This document shows, one piece after another, positions 1-8,135 of a stretch of DNA of 32,000 nt. A model generated the notes under the pieces. That model saw only the letters and a program-made list of their open reading frames with translations, searched no databases and was not told the DNA's origin. Within the stretch, counting starts at the first letter, position 1. The number at the start of each line of letters is the position of its first letter. Both the position numbers and the translations under genes were made by a program. The stretch lies in NCBI GenBank assembly GCA_029861345.1, contig JAOTZM010000001.1, positions 29,096 to 61,095 on the forward strand, read 5' to 3'. This stretch comes from Nitrosopumilus sp. (GTDB lineage Archaea; Thermoproteota; Nitrososphaeria; Nitrososphaerales; Nitrosopumilaceae).

Positions 1-1709
1 AATTCGTAGGCATATTTGTCGCTGGATATAAGATCACTTACAGGAAACCATGTTTCATCATCTCCTAGGAGAATGATTTGAGGTTCAGAATTTTTTTTAC
101 TGTAATTAAGTGCTGAAGATGCGGACCCTTTAGAGTCAAAAGGAGATGAAAAAGTCAAGGGGGCACCTGAAATTTTTGGTGAAAATCTACCATCTCGAGG
201 TACAAAACCTAGAAATTCCGATGCTATTATTTCATCACTCAAATTTTCTGCAGAAAAGTCATGAAGAATAGTATCTCCATGATCAGCTAAAACCACGTTT
301 CCATATGCAACACTTATCCTAAGTTTTTCTGGTTCCTTTCCTACATTTGAATCAGGATCCACTGCATTTTTCTCCCAGAGACACAAAGGAAATGGCAATG
401 CGTCCTCATCGTTCCAACTAATTTCAACAAGAGGAATCTGAGTTAATTCATCAAGGATATTTGTTACCGAAGTTAGACGTACTGCATGTTTATGAGATAC
501 ATCACGATCAGATTTTCTCCAAGTTAGAGGAGAACGTATCTCTTCAAAAATCAAAACATCCCCTTCTTGTAATGTAAGATTGTTGTCATACAAAGTGGCA
601 GATGTTGTTCCTTTTGGTAAGGTGCACTTTGGATCATCCCATGTGTAAAAGTAGATTTCATTGTGTTCTGAATAAAGCTCAACATCATGCATTGTTTCAA
701 AAATCTGAGTATCATCTTTTATTTCCCTATCAAAATCATAAGGCCTTACAACTGTCTTTGTAGAATTGAAGCTGTTAGTTAGGAGTTTTGTTCCCTCGGG
801 AATCAAAATCGGCATATTTTCAGAGTTTTTATTTTTTGCCAAGATATCATTTACCTGGATTGTTATCCAAACACGCGAATTGCATCCCTCGTTAATGAAA
901 TAATCAAGCAATCTTGCATGACGTCTAACTGAAATTCTTTGGCGAGCAGTAGAAAGATAGGCTTCAGTAGCTACTGCATCTTGATAATAGCTGAGCTGAT
1001 CCCCTACATAGGCAAGCATTTCAATTATGGCTACGCCCATATCGGCAGGGTTTTGCTCATTCCAATTTGGGTTTATCAGAGAAAGCCTGTCAAGCATTAA
1101 TTTGCGAAAGCTTGTATAATCTTTTGACATATAGTCAATTACAGGCTCAGAGATTGGCGGCAATGAAGGGATATTTTTAGAATTTAGTACACTTTCAGCA
1201 TAATCAAAGTTAACAGGACAATCGATTCTAAAGCTAAAATCAGTTTTTGATAAGATAGTATCAAAATTAGGAGGAGGTTTGTTATAGTCATCAGATGAGA
1301 CCAATTGTATAGAATACAAAGTCAGGTCGCCTACTTTATCAGGTCTGACAACAAGAATCTTTTCAGGATTATCTCTTAATTCTGCTATTGTAGATTCTTC
1401 TTTTGTTAACAATTTAGATGAGAGGTTAGAGTCTGCAAGAAGAACATTTGCAGGATATGCCCACTCTACGTTTACGTTCTTAATTCTAATGCCACCATCA
1501 ATTAGAACATTGTCTTCACTTAGATTACTAATTGGTTTAAGGCAATGAATTAAAATAAGGGATCGAAAAGATTCTTCTGAAATATCAGGTGATAAAACAA
1601 AGTCAGAAATTTTGTTTGTAAAAACATCTAGATAGTCAATTCCGTTTATTGTTTTTGATTCTTTTACTGCAATTCTCCTTTCAGAATTATCACACGTTTG
1701 AGATGACAA
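1..1709 (-). CDS. Baseplate-J/gp6-like baseplate assembly protein of a contractile phage-tail-like module (Afp11-like, TIGR02243-type). Only the N-terminal ~569 aa are visible; the 3' part lies beyond the left edge.
   Basis: My own translation of the minus strand is open with no stop from position 1733 down to the window edge. The first start-like codon is TTG at 1709-1707. It sits 1 nt after the gp25 stop and 6 nt after an SD-like GGAGG (1720-1716). Conserved blocks read from the sequence: CDNSERRIAVKESKTINGIDYLDV; DYMSKDYTSFRKLMLDRLSLINPNWNEQNPADMGVAIIEMLAYVGDQLSYYQDAVATEAYLSTARQRISVRRHARLLDY; GDVLIFEE..HAVRLTSV..LVEISWNDEDALPFPLCLW; AYGNVVLADHG. From memory these match the 'putative baseplate assembly protein' family found in eCIS/phage-tail-like loci. 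It is absent from the supplied ORF track because it has no ATG start and is truncated by the window. Confidence 0.75.
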   Translation of the reverse strand, partial: MSSQTCDNSERRIAVKESKTINGIDYLDVFTNKISDFVLSPDISEESFRSLILIHCLKPISNLSEDNVLIDGGIRIKNVNVEWAYPANVLLADSNLSSKLLTKEESTIAELRDNPEKILVVRPDKVGDLTLYSIQLVSSDDYNKPPPNFDTILSKTDFSFRIDCPVNFDYAESVLNSKNIPSLPPISEPVIDYMSKDYTSFRKLMLDRLSLINPNWNEQNPADMGVAIIEMLAYVGDQLSYYQDAVATEAYLSTARQRISVRRHARLLDYFINEGCNSRVWITIQVNDILAKNKNSENMPILIPEGTKLLTNSFNSTKTVVRPYDFDREIKDDTQIFETMHDVELYSEHNEIYFYTWDDPKCTLPKGTTSATLYDNNLTLQEGDVLIFEEIRSPLTWRKSDRDVSHKHAVRLTSVTNILDELTQIPLVEISWNDEDALPFPLCLWEKNAVDPDSNVGKEPEKLRISVAYGNVVLADHGDTILHDFSAENLSDEIIASEFLGFVPRDGRFSPKISGAPLTFSSPFDSKGSASSALNYSKKNSEPQIILLGDDETWFPVSDLISSDKYAYE

Positions 1710-1710
1710 A

Positions 1711-2073
1711 TCAGACCTCCGTTGTAAATTGAGCTACAGTACTGGCAGATTTGTTTTTGATTTTGTATTGAACTGTAATAACTAGTTTTGATTCATCATT
1801 TTTTATCATTACAGATTCAACAGTGATCAAGTCGCCGAGCCACTTTTGAAGAGAGCCTTGAACAAGAAATTGTGTTGAGATTACTAGTTCATCGCTGTTT
1901 GATGCAAAAACTAATTGGTTTAAGCCACATCCAAAATCAGGTCGGTTTACCCGTTCTCCAGGAGATGTAAAAAGAATCTGTTCTATCATCTGTTTGATAT
2001 GAATGTCATTGTCAACTGTTGCGGTGTTTCCGTTCTTATCAATTTGAAAAGGAAAATTATAATGCATTTTCAC
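1711..2073 (-). CDS. GPW/gp25-family baseplate wedge protein (Afp9-like)
   Basis: 120-aa ORF. The motif IEQILFTSPGERVNRPDFGCGL is the hallmark of the GPW/gp25 family (Pfam PF04965, recalled). The start is GTG at 2073, giving a GTGA overlap with the upstream stop, or ATG at 2067. It sits between the PAAR-like and baseplate-J-like genes. Confidence 0.85.
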   Translation of the reverse strand: MKMHYNFPFQIDKNGNTATVDNDIHIKQMIEQILFTSPGERVNRPDFGCGLNQLVFASNSDELVISTQFLVQGSLQKWLGDLITVESVMIKNDESKLVITVQYKIKNKSASTVAQFTTEV

Positions 2074-2405
2074 ATTCCTTTGACTCTAGGCTGAGTTACA
2101 AGAATATTGGGAGGTCCTTGTGGTGCCTGTGCAGCGCTCTGACAGATTCCTGTACTAGTTTTTAGGATTACCTGTTGCCCATTAATCCGAACTCTTGTAG
2201 CTGGAACTAACCATCTCACAAGTATACATGGTTGTGGACTTGGAGATGTTGCAAGAAAAGTACATCCAGCTACTGTAAAAGTATCGGACATTGTAACAAC
2301 TGGTTGTCCTGATACCTTCACCCGGGTGTTGGAAGTAATTGCAGTAACATTGCCCATATGAGGACAAGTAATGGTAGCACCAACCTGAACTATTTCACTT
2401 GACAT
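2070..2405 (-). CDS. PAAR-like / DUF4280-like spike-tip (cone) protein
   Basis: 111-aa ORF with ATG at 2405. It has three short beta-strand repeats with conserved Cys/His/Gly: ITCPHMGNV..RVKVSGQPVV; VAGCTF..PQPCILVRW; RVRINGQQVI..TGICQS. These resemble PAAR-like/DUF4280 domains that cap VgrG/gp5 spikes. It lies immediately 5' of gp25, as in many eCIS loci. There is no literal P-A-A-R motif, so the family call is tentative. Confidence 0.55.
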   Translation of the reverse strand: MSSEIVQVGATITCPHMGNVTAITSNTRVKVSGQPVVTMSDTFTVAGCTFLATSPSPQPCILVRWLVPATRVRINGQQVILKTSTGICQSAAQAPQGPPNILVTQPRVKGM

Positions 2406-2593
2406 TAAGAATAATCCTCATTTGGTATGAAAAATATGTCTAAAAAAGAATTTAACATAACAAAAGAACTGAATTCAAACATCGTGTTTCATGTTGATTT
2501 GAGTTTACTAATTATTAACATTTATCATGAGATTTGTATTTCTAAAAAAATAATTTCCGAGATCTTTAAAATATCAAAATATTGAATTAATCT

Positions 2594-2603
2594 AAAGAAA
2601 AAA
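2594..2603 (-). terminator. Oligo-T tract (archaeal-type terminator candidate) downstream of the 221-aa gene
   Basis: The minus strand after the stop at 2629 reads AAAAACCCTACCCCTCAGGTCCAAGTTTTTTCTTTAGA. A T6 run followed by a T3 run lies about 25 nt after the stop. This separates the 753-aa/221-aa operon from the baseplate operon. Confidence 0.3.
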
Positions 2604-2628
2604 CTTGGACCTGAGGGGTAGGGTTTTT

Positions 2629-3294
2629 TTACAATGAATAATTTATCTCTGAAAGGTCTTTTTCAAATTCTAATTCTTTTAGGACTTTTGGTTCGTCAAC
2701 AGAAATAGCATTATGAAAACCACGAAACTGCAGCAATGATATTTTTAGATGAGATAGCAGATTTCCCAAATGAATAATTCTTTGGTCCTCATTTGAGAGA
2801 AATCCTAAATCAAACATTTTAACATCTGAATCAATCTGAAACAGAGCTTTTAATTTTAGTACTTCAACTCCGTTTATTTTTTTTATAAATTCTACATAGG
2901 GTTTTATTGGATCCAAAGTAAATTCTAGATCAAACTTTACACTCTTTTCAATTCCTTGAGTTTGAATTTTAATATTATCCAGTAGAAGCTGTCCAAAATA
3001 AGAAGGAATTTGTTGCATTAATTTTTCAACTATTTTGTTTGCCAATCCTGAAAAGACAGAATCAACCTTAGAGACTGTATCTGTAGAATATGTGTCTTGG
3101 ACTGGAGATATTGGCGATGCAAAATTTTCAATATTTTGAGAATTTGCTGATTCTTTTATCCATTCTTCTACTTCCTGAAACTCCTGCAGATAACTCAATT
3201 CGGTATTGTCTTTTATTGCCGATGAGATACTGTCTTCCAAAGGAGGTGTTATTTTGTGTAACACTTCAGGCATAGGATTTGAAATGTCTGACAT
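2629..3294 (-). CDS. Hypothetical acidic protein (221 aa), co-transcribed with the upstream PKD/Ig surface protein
   Basis: ATG-initiated ORF beginning 15 nt after the stop of the 753-aa gene. I see no TM segment or signal peptide and recognise no family. Confidence 0.6.
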   Translation of the reverse strand: MSDISNPMPEVLHKITPPLEDSISSAIKDNTELSYLQEFQEVEEWIKESANSQNIENFASPISPVQDTYSTDTVSKVDSVFSGLANKIVEKLMQQIPSYFGQLLLDNIKIQTQGIEKSVKFDLEFTLDPIKPYVEFIKKINGVEVLKLKALFQIDSDVKMFDLGFLSNEDQRIIHLGNLLSHLKISLLQFRGFHNAISVDEPKVLKELEFEKDLSEINYSL

Positions 3295-3309
3295 TACAGA
3301 ATCACCATT

Positions 3310-5571
3310 TTATTTTTCAAGGCCACTCCTATATTCGACAGTTACTGTAGACTGTATAGGCTTTGGTTCTGTTGGAGGTTCAGGTTTATGTATCAAAGTC
3401 TTTGCTGCAACGCCACCTACACTTGCTGCAGCTACTCCACCAATTACAAGTAGTGCCCAGGGAAACTGTTCTTTTACATGAACCAATATTTCTTGTGTAT
3501 CTTTACCACCATCATCATCTGCAATTACCAAAGTTATGGTGTAATTACCTGGTTTTTCGAATTTGTAATTTTGTATTACAGATTGAGGTGAATCTGTTTC
3601 ATCTGCATATTGTTTATTATCTATATACCATATTATTGTAAAAGTATCATCTTTACCAGGATCTGCAAACATACCTTCAAATCTTAATGATTCGTTAGGC
3701 TCTATCTCATAGCTTTCAGAATTAAATGTAATTTTAGGTGCCTTATTTTTAATATCTAATGTTTTATCTACAGAGATTTCACTAAGGGAATCTCTGATTG
3801 AAAGTCTTACCTCATATTGACCATTATCATTATAACTATGAGTTACCTTATTATTATAACCAAAATTTCCATCACCAAAATCCCAAAGATAGCTGTCAAT
3901 GCCTTGTAGATTAGAACCACTAGTAGTAAATGTGATTTTAGATCCTTCTTCCATAGTGCCGGTAACTACAATTTCAGGTTCTGGTATAATCACTTTTTTT
4001 ACGGTAATGTATGTACTGGTTGTTTTTTCTTGTTGAATAGAATCAGTTACTGTAAGATTTACTTCGTAAGAATTGTTATCAGCAGTATGAAAAACATAAC
4101 TTAAATTTTCTGAGGGAGGAAATGAATTATCATTAATCTTCCAAAGAAATTGGTATGGAGGAGCTCCTCCCAAAACTTTGGACTGAAATGTCACTGTCAG
4201 TGGAGGCTCTCCTGATGTCTTATCTGGAATTATCTCTACATGTAATGGAGTCGGAACATCGTGCTTGAGAACAGAAAATACCACTTGGTTACTTGTAAAA
4301 TCTCTACCATTACATTCACATTGTGCATAAATGCTCTTTTCTCCTATGTATTCATCAGGTAAATTCCAAGTGCTAGAAAAACTTCTGTCATCAAGGATAG
4401 TTGAGGTAGATCTTAACGTTTCATCTATTTCTTTTATTAGAACTATTTCATCCTGAAATCCATCATTTGTTATGTATCCTTGTAAAATAACGTTTGAACC
4501 TTGCTTAGCATTAGATATAGGTTCAAGAATTAATTTTATTTCGGGCGGCTGGGGTGGGATAATTGAAATAGGATCTACAGTAACAGTAATTGGTAAACTA
4601 GACCCTGATGGAACTCCTTTTAAGAAGGATTTGAATTGTACATAAATCTGATGAGTGCCAATATCCTCAGAATTAGTATTCCATGTTCCTCTATAATTTC
4701 CATTTGCATCAGTAGTAGCAAAACCAATTTCACTTCCATCCGATTTATGTATAGATACAAACGAGCCAGATAATGGTTTTCCATCTTGTAACAAATTTCC
4801 TGAAAAGTTAATTGTTTGGCCCTCTGTGACACTAGTTGGAGTGGCGTGTAATGTTAAAGTTGGAAGAGCTAAAATATCAATGTCAACAGGATTGCTATTA
4901 TCTATGAAACGTACATCAGGATATGTTGCATGATTCTCAACTGCAACCAGGGTATAATGACCAATATCATTGGCGGTTGTGTTCCAATCAATAGAATATT
5001 GACCCTTAGGATCAGTTATAGTATGTTCAATTATTTGTGGCGGTGTGGAGCTATCTATTATGGATATGATTTTACCTGAGAGCGCAAAATGTCCATACAA
5101 AAAACTTCCAGAAAATGTAATTGTTTGACCTTCTGTGATACTAGTTGGAGTGGCGTGTAATGTTAAAGTTGGAGGAGATATCACTAAAGTTTTTTGAGTT
5201 TGGTAAAGTAAAAAACCACTAAGTCTAGGGCTTGATGCCTTAATTGTATGCTTTCCTTTATTATCACTTGAGTCAGTATTCCATGTTAAAGAATAATTTC
5301 CATTTGGATCAGTAGTAACTTGTCCAAGGGTTTCACGTGTAAAGACATCCACTATAGTAACTACTCTGCCTGCAATACCTCTTCCATTATCGATATACTT
5401 GCCTGAAAAAGTCACTGGCTCGCCTGCCTTGACCTCTGAAGGCGATATGGTTAATGTTAAACGACTAGATACCTGTTGCGCACTTTGTGCTAAAACAGTT
5501 TCTGTTGGAAAAACAATTGTAACAGATAGAAGCAATACAATAATCGGAATTAAGAAATACCAAATTTTCAT
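3310..5571 (-). CDS. Secreted, C-terminally membrane-anchored surface protein with Ig-like/CarboxypepD_reg-like repeats and three PKD-like domains
   Basis: N-terminal signal/TM segment (MKIWYFLIPIIVLLLSVTIVF). Three repeats of the type TDPNGNYSLTWNT / TDPKGQYSIDWNT / TDANGNYRGTWNT, preceded by PTLTLHATPTS(I/V)TEGQTI(T/N)FSG. PKD-type blocks include the classic WDFGDG..THSY..G.Y.V.L.. motif (YLWDFGDGNFGYNNKVTHSYNDNGQYEVRLSIRDS). A C-terminal TM helix (FPWALLVIGGVAAASVGGVAA) is followed by a short tail. Confidence 0.85.
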   Translation of the reverse strand: MKIWYFLIPIIVLLLSVTIVFPTETVLAQSAQQVSSRLTLTISPSEVKAGEPVTFSGKYIDNGRGIAGRVVTIVDVFTRETLGQVTTDPNGNYSLTWNTDSSDNKGKHTIKASSPRLSGFLLYQTQKTLVISPPTLTLHATPTSITEGQTITFSGSFLYGHFALSGKIISIIDSSTPPQIIEHTITDPKGQYSIDWNTTANDIGHYTLVAVENHATYPDVRFIDNSNPVDIDILALPTLTLHATPTSVTEGQTINFSGNLLQDGKPLSGSFVSIHKSDGSEIGFATTDANGNYRGTWNTNSEDIGTHQIYVQFKSFLKGVPSGSSLPITVTVDPISIIPPQPPEIKLILEPISNAKQGSNVILQGYITNDGFQDEIVLIKEIDETLRSTSTILDDRSFSSTWNLPDEYIGEKSIYAQCECNGRDFTSNQVVFSVLKHDVPTPLHVEIIPDKTSGEPPLTVTFQSKVLGGAPPYQFLWKINDNSFPPSENLSYVFHTADNNSYEVNLTVTDSIQQEKTTSTYITVKKVIIPEPEIVVTGTMEEGSKITFTTSGSNLQGIDSYLWDFGDGNFGYNNKVTHSYNDNGQYEVRLSIRDSLSEISVDKTLDIKNKAPKITFNSESYEIEPNESLRFEGMFADPGKDDTFTIIWYIDNKQYADETDSPQSVIQNYKFEKPGNYTITLVIADDDGGKDTQEILVHVKEQFPWALLVIGGVAAASVGGVAAKTLIHKPEPPTEPKPIQSTVTVEYRSGLEK
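4802..4864. repeat. Intragenic repeat copy A (pairs with 5111-5173; offset 309 bp = 103 codons)
   Basis: By-eye alignment gives 58/63 identical bases, including a perfect 33-bp core ctagttggagtggcgtgtaatgttaaagttgga. It encodes the PTLTLHATPTS..TEGQTI.FSG domain boundary of the 753-aa protein. Confidence 0.8.
5111..5173. repeat. Intragenic repeat copy B (pairs with 4802-4864)
   Basis: See copy A. The same 33-bp perfect core lies at 5141-5173. Confidence 0.8.
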
Positions 5572-5896
5572 ACAATATTTAACTACTAACTTAGTAGTAA
5601 GTTTAGCTCAGACAAGTATTTTTAAAAAATACAACACTATAAGATAGTGTCAGATGGAAAAAAACTTTATAAAAAAATGCAAATCACAAAATAGTTTTAA
5701 TTTTATTGTAATTACATTTGTTTTTCAGAGGTAGTCTTTCATTTTAGTAATCCCATGTATTTTTTCAATAATATGTCATATCTTCCTATAGATGTGAATT
5801 TCAATTCATGGTTTGTATTTAATCAGAATTTATCAAAAAAAGACAGAGTTCTACCTCTTGACTCATGGTAATTCAATCACACAATTTTCTAGAAAA

Positions 5897-6991
5897 TTAG
5901 TTTTTCACGCCTGATGCCAAAACAGCATCTGTAATGATACTAGTGTATTTTTTCATTGGATCATCAGAGTTTTTAGGTATTAGTCCACGTGTCTCAGCTA
6001 TTGCCGCAGCAGTAATCCTTTTGTTTACTTCTGCTTCAAATATCCCCTCAAGTGACTTGTATGCCCAGCCCTCAGCACCAGTATTTTGCAATAAATCCTT
6101 TACATATCCCCGGATAAAGGCCTCTTTTACTTTCTCGTCTTTTGTCTGCCATTCCACAATATATGGCACAGCATCAACACTTTGTTTTATTATTTTCTCG
6201 ACTTGCTTTTGTTCTAATGGAAAACTTTCAATTTTCTTTTGCGCAACTGCTGCCTCTATTGCCTTTTTGAATACTTGACCGCCAACATTTGATAACAAAT
6301 TTGAATATCTCTCGCCACCAAAATTTTGATAAATAGAGTTTAGTGCCAAGTCTTGAAGTTTTTCTTTATAATTTTGTGGAAGATTCCCGTCATCGTCTCT
6401 TAATTGTGCAGCTGATTTTTGATACATGGATACTGCCTTAATTGCGTCCTGTGTGATCATGGTTATTTGTTCAGATTTTATTTGAATATCATATTTTTCT
6501 TTTAGAAATTTTGAAACTATCGGTCCCACTATAGTCGCCACTAGTACCATAAAGAAGTTTGATTCTAAAATTCTGGTAAAGGGGTTTTCAAATCCTGCCG
6601 TGTTACAGTTTGGAAGAGGGCATATTATTGCAAGAACCATCAATAAACCAATTACAACAATTGTAGATATGGCAATATAGTCCATATATCGTGAAAACTT
6701 TTTTTCTTCAGCAGTCCTTTTTTCATCATCTTTTAGTTTCTTTGGTGTCTCAATTTCGTTTAGCTCTTTTTCGGTTTTTTTACTTTTTGCAAAAAGGGCT
6801 ATCTTGTTTTCTTGGCATTTTTTCAGTATCTTATCAAAAATGGCTTTTTGGTTTTCAGGAATGTCATCTTTTATCTTTTTTAGGTTAACGTCATATTCTT
6901 TATCTCCCATCTCTTTGCATAACTTTTCATTAATTTGCCACTCATCGTCAATCTTTGTCACAAGTTTTTCTGAGGAGATATTCACTGTCAC
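5897..6991 (-). CDS. Hypothetical membrane protein: charged ~100-aa N-terminus, two TM helices, long helical C-terminal region with an internal duplication
   Basis: 364-aa ORF. The annotated start is GTG at 6991, and the first in-frame ATG is codon 28. TM candidates are YIAISTIVVIGLLMVLAIICPL and FFMVLVATIVGPIVSKFL. The C-terminal halves end in similar motifs: KKAIEAAVAQKK and EGIFEAEVNKR. Confidence 0.6.
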   Translation of the reverse strand: MTVNISSEKLVTKIDDEWQINEKLCKEMGDKEYDVNLKKIKDDIPENQKAIFDKILKKCQENKIALFAKSKKTEKELNEIETPKKLKDDEKRTAEEKKFSRYMDYIAISTIVVIGLLMVLAIICPLPNCNTAGFENPFTRILESNFFMVLVATIVGPIVSKFLKEKYDIQIKSEQITMITQDAIKAVSMYQKSAAQLRDDDGNLPQNYKEKLQDLALNSIYQNFGGERYSNLLSNVGGQVFKKAIEAAVAQKKIESFPLEQKQVEKIIKQSVDAVPYIVEWQTKDEKVKEAFIRGYVKDLLQNTGAEGWAYKSLEGIFEAEVNKRITAAAIAETRGLIPKNSDDPMKKYTSIITDAVLASGVKN

Positions 6992-7372
6992 ATGAAATTT
7001 ACAAAAAGGTACTACATTAACATATTCAGATAAAGTAAAGCCATTACTTTTCTTATGATTTTTTATTTTAATAGTTTAATTTCATCATCACGGATCGTAG
7101 ATAAGAAATTTCAAGAGGTTATGGTAGTCAAATTTTTAATATATAAAAAAGAAATTATTGGATTGGATTCATCATAGAATAGATCGATTTGAAAATCAGC
7201 CTCTAAAAGCATAACCTAATGGAATCATAATTAAAACAATAATTACAGAAAGATGGAAAATGTATACCATTAGAAATAATTAGATGAAATAAAGTTAAGA
7301 GTTTTCATACAGAATTTTAATAGATTAGTCGTAATTAAAAATATTTTTAAATTAACAATTATTTGTAAAGAT

Positions 7373-7801
7373 ATGGCAAAGAGACATGCAACACCGCAAG
7401 ATAAGTTTAGATTTTCTACAGGTAACTTTATTTTCCGTTCAGGCAAATTGGTTGATCCTAATGGTTCTGAAGGGAAAATAATTGAATCTATTCTGAGAAG
7501 ACAAAAAGAAACTAGGGAACTCAATGCAAGACAAAAAGAGAAATTTCAAAAGATAACCAGTGCCAAAACCTACAAGGATGTGTTGCACTTGATCCAACTA
7601 AAACCGGGCAAATCAACTATTCCTGCACGCGAACAAATGAAGAGAATGACAGACAAAAACAGATGGCATCTTGGAGACAAAACAAAAGAGGTATTACTTC
7701 AAGAAAAAAAAGCCCTTGAGAACATAAAACCTGGATTCAGAGACTCTTTGTGGTTAAAGAAGCATACTGCCCTAAATAGAGCTATCAAAGATCTGTTTTA
7801 G
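7373..7801 (+). CDS. Hypothetical basic protein (142 aa)
   Basis: ATG-initiated ORF, rich in Lys/Arg. I recognise no family. Confidence 0.5.
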   Translation: MAKRHATPQDKFRFSTGNFIFRSGKLVDPNGSEGKIIESILRRQKETRELNARQKEKFQKITSAKTYKDVLHLIQLKPGKSTIPAREQMKRMTDKNRWHLGDKTKEVLLQEKKALENIKPGFRDSLWLKKHTALNRAIKDLF

Positions 7802-8135
7802 AAAGAGATGTAATAGATAAGCAATTCATTGCAACTTGACTTGTTGTAGCATTAGTGTTGGACTGCTATATTTTATAGGCTAACAGTTTTTTAATCTCCA
7901 TTCTGTAAATAATTTTTTTCTTCAAACTCTGCATGAACTTTTATCAAATTATCGGATTCATCCGAGTTCTTTGATTATATCAATCCAAAACTTCCATGTT
8001 TATTAGTAACTCTGATTTCCGGCCGTCATAACGTTATAGTTTTAGTATTGACTATATGTTGTTTCCAGCAAATCATATCATCGTCTCCCTTTAGTCAATC
8101 TGTAAAATTTGTTCGTAAAAGGGAGGATTCTCTTT

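Noticed and set aside
7270-7524. 84-aa minus-strand ORF overlapping the 5' end of the 142-aa basic-protein gene
   Set aside because: It spans the AT-rich promoter region, has low-complexity hydrophobic composition, and conflicts with the ATG-initiated + strand gene.
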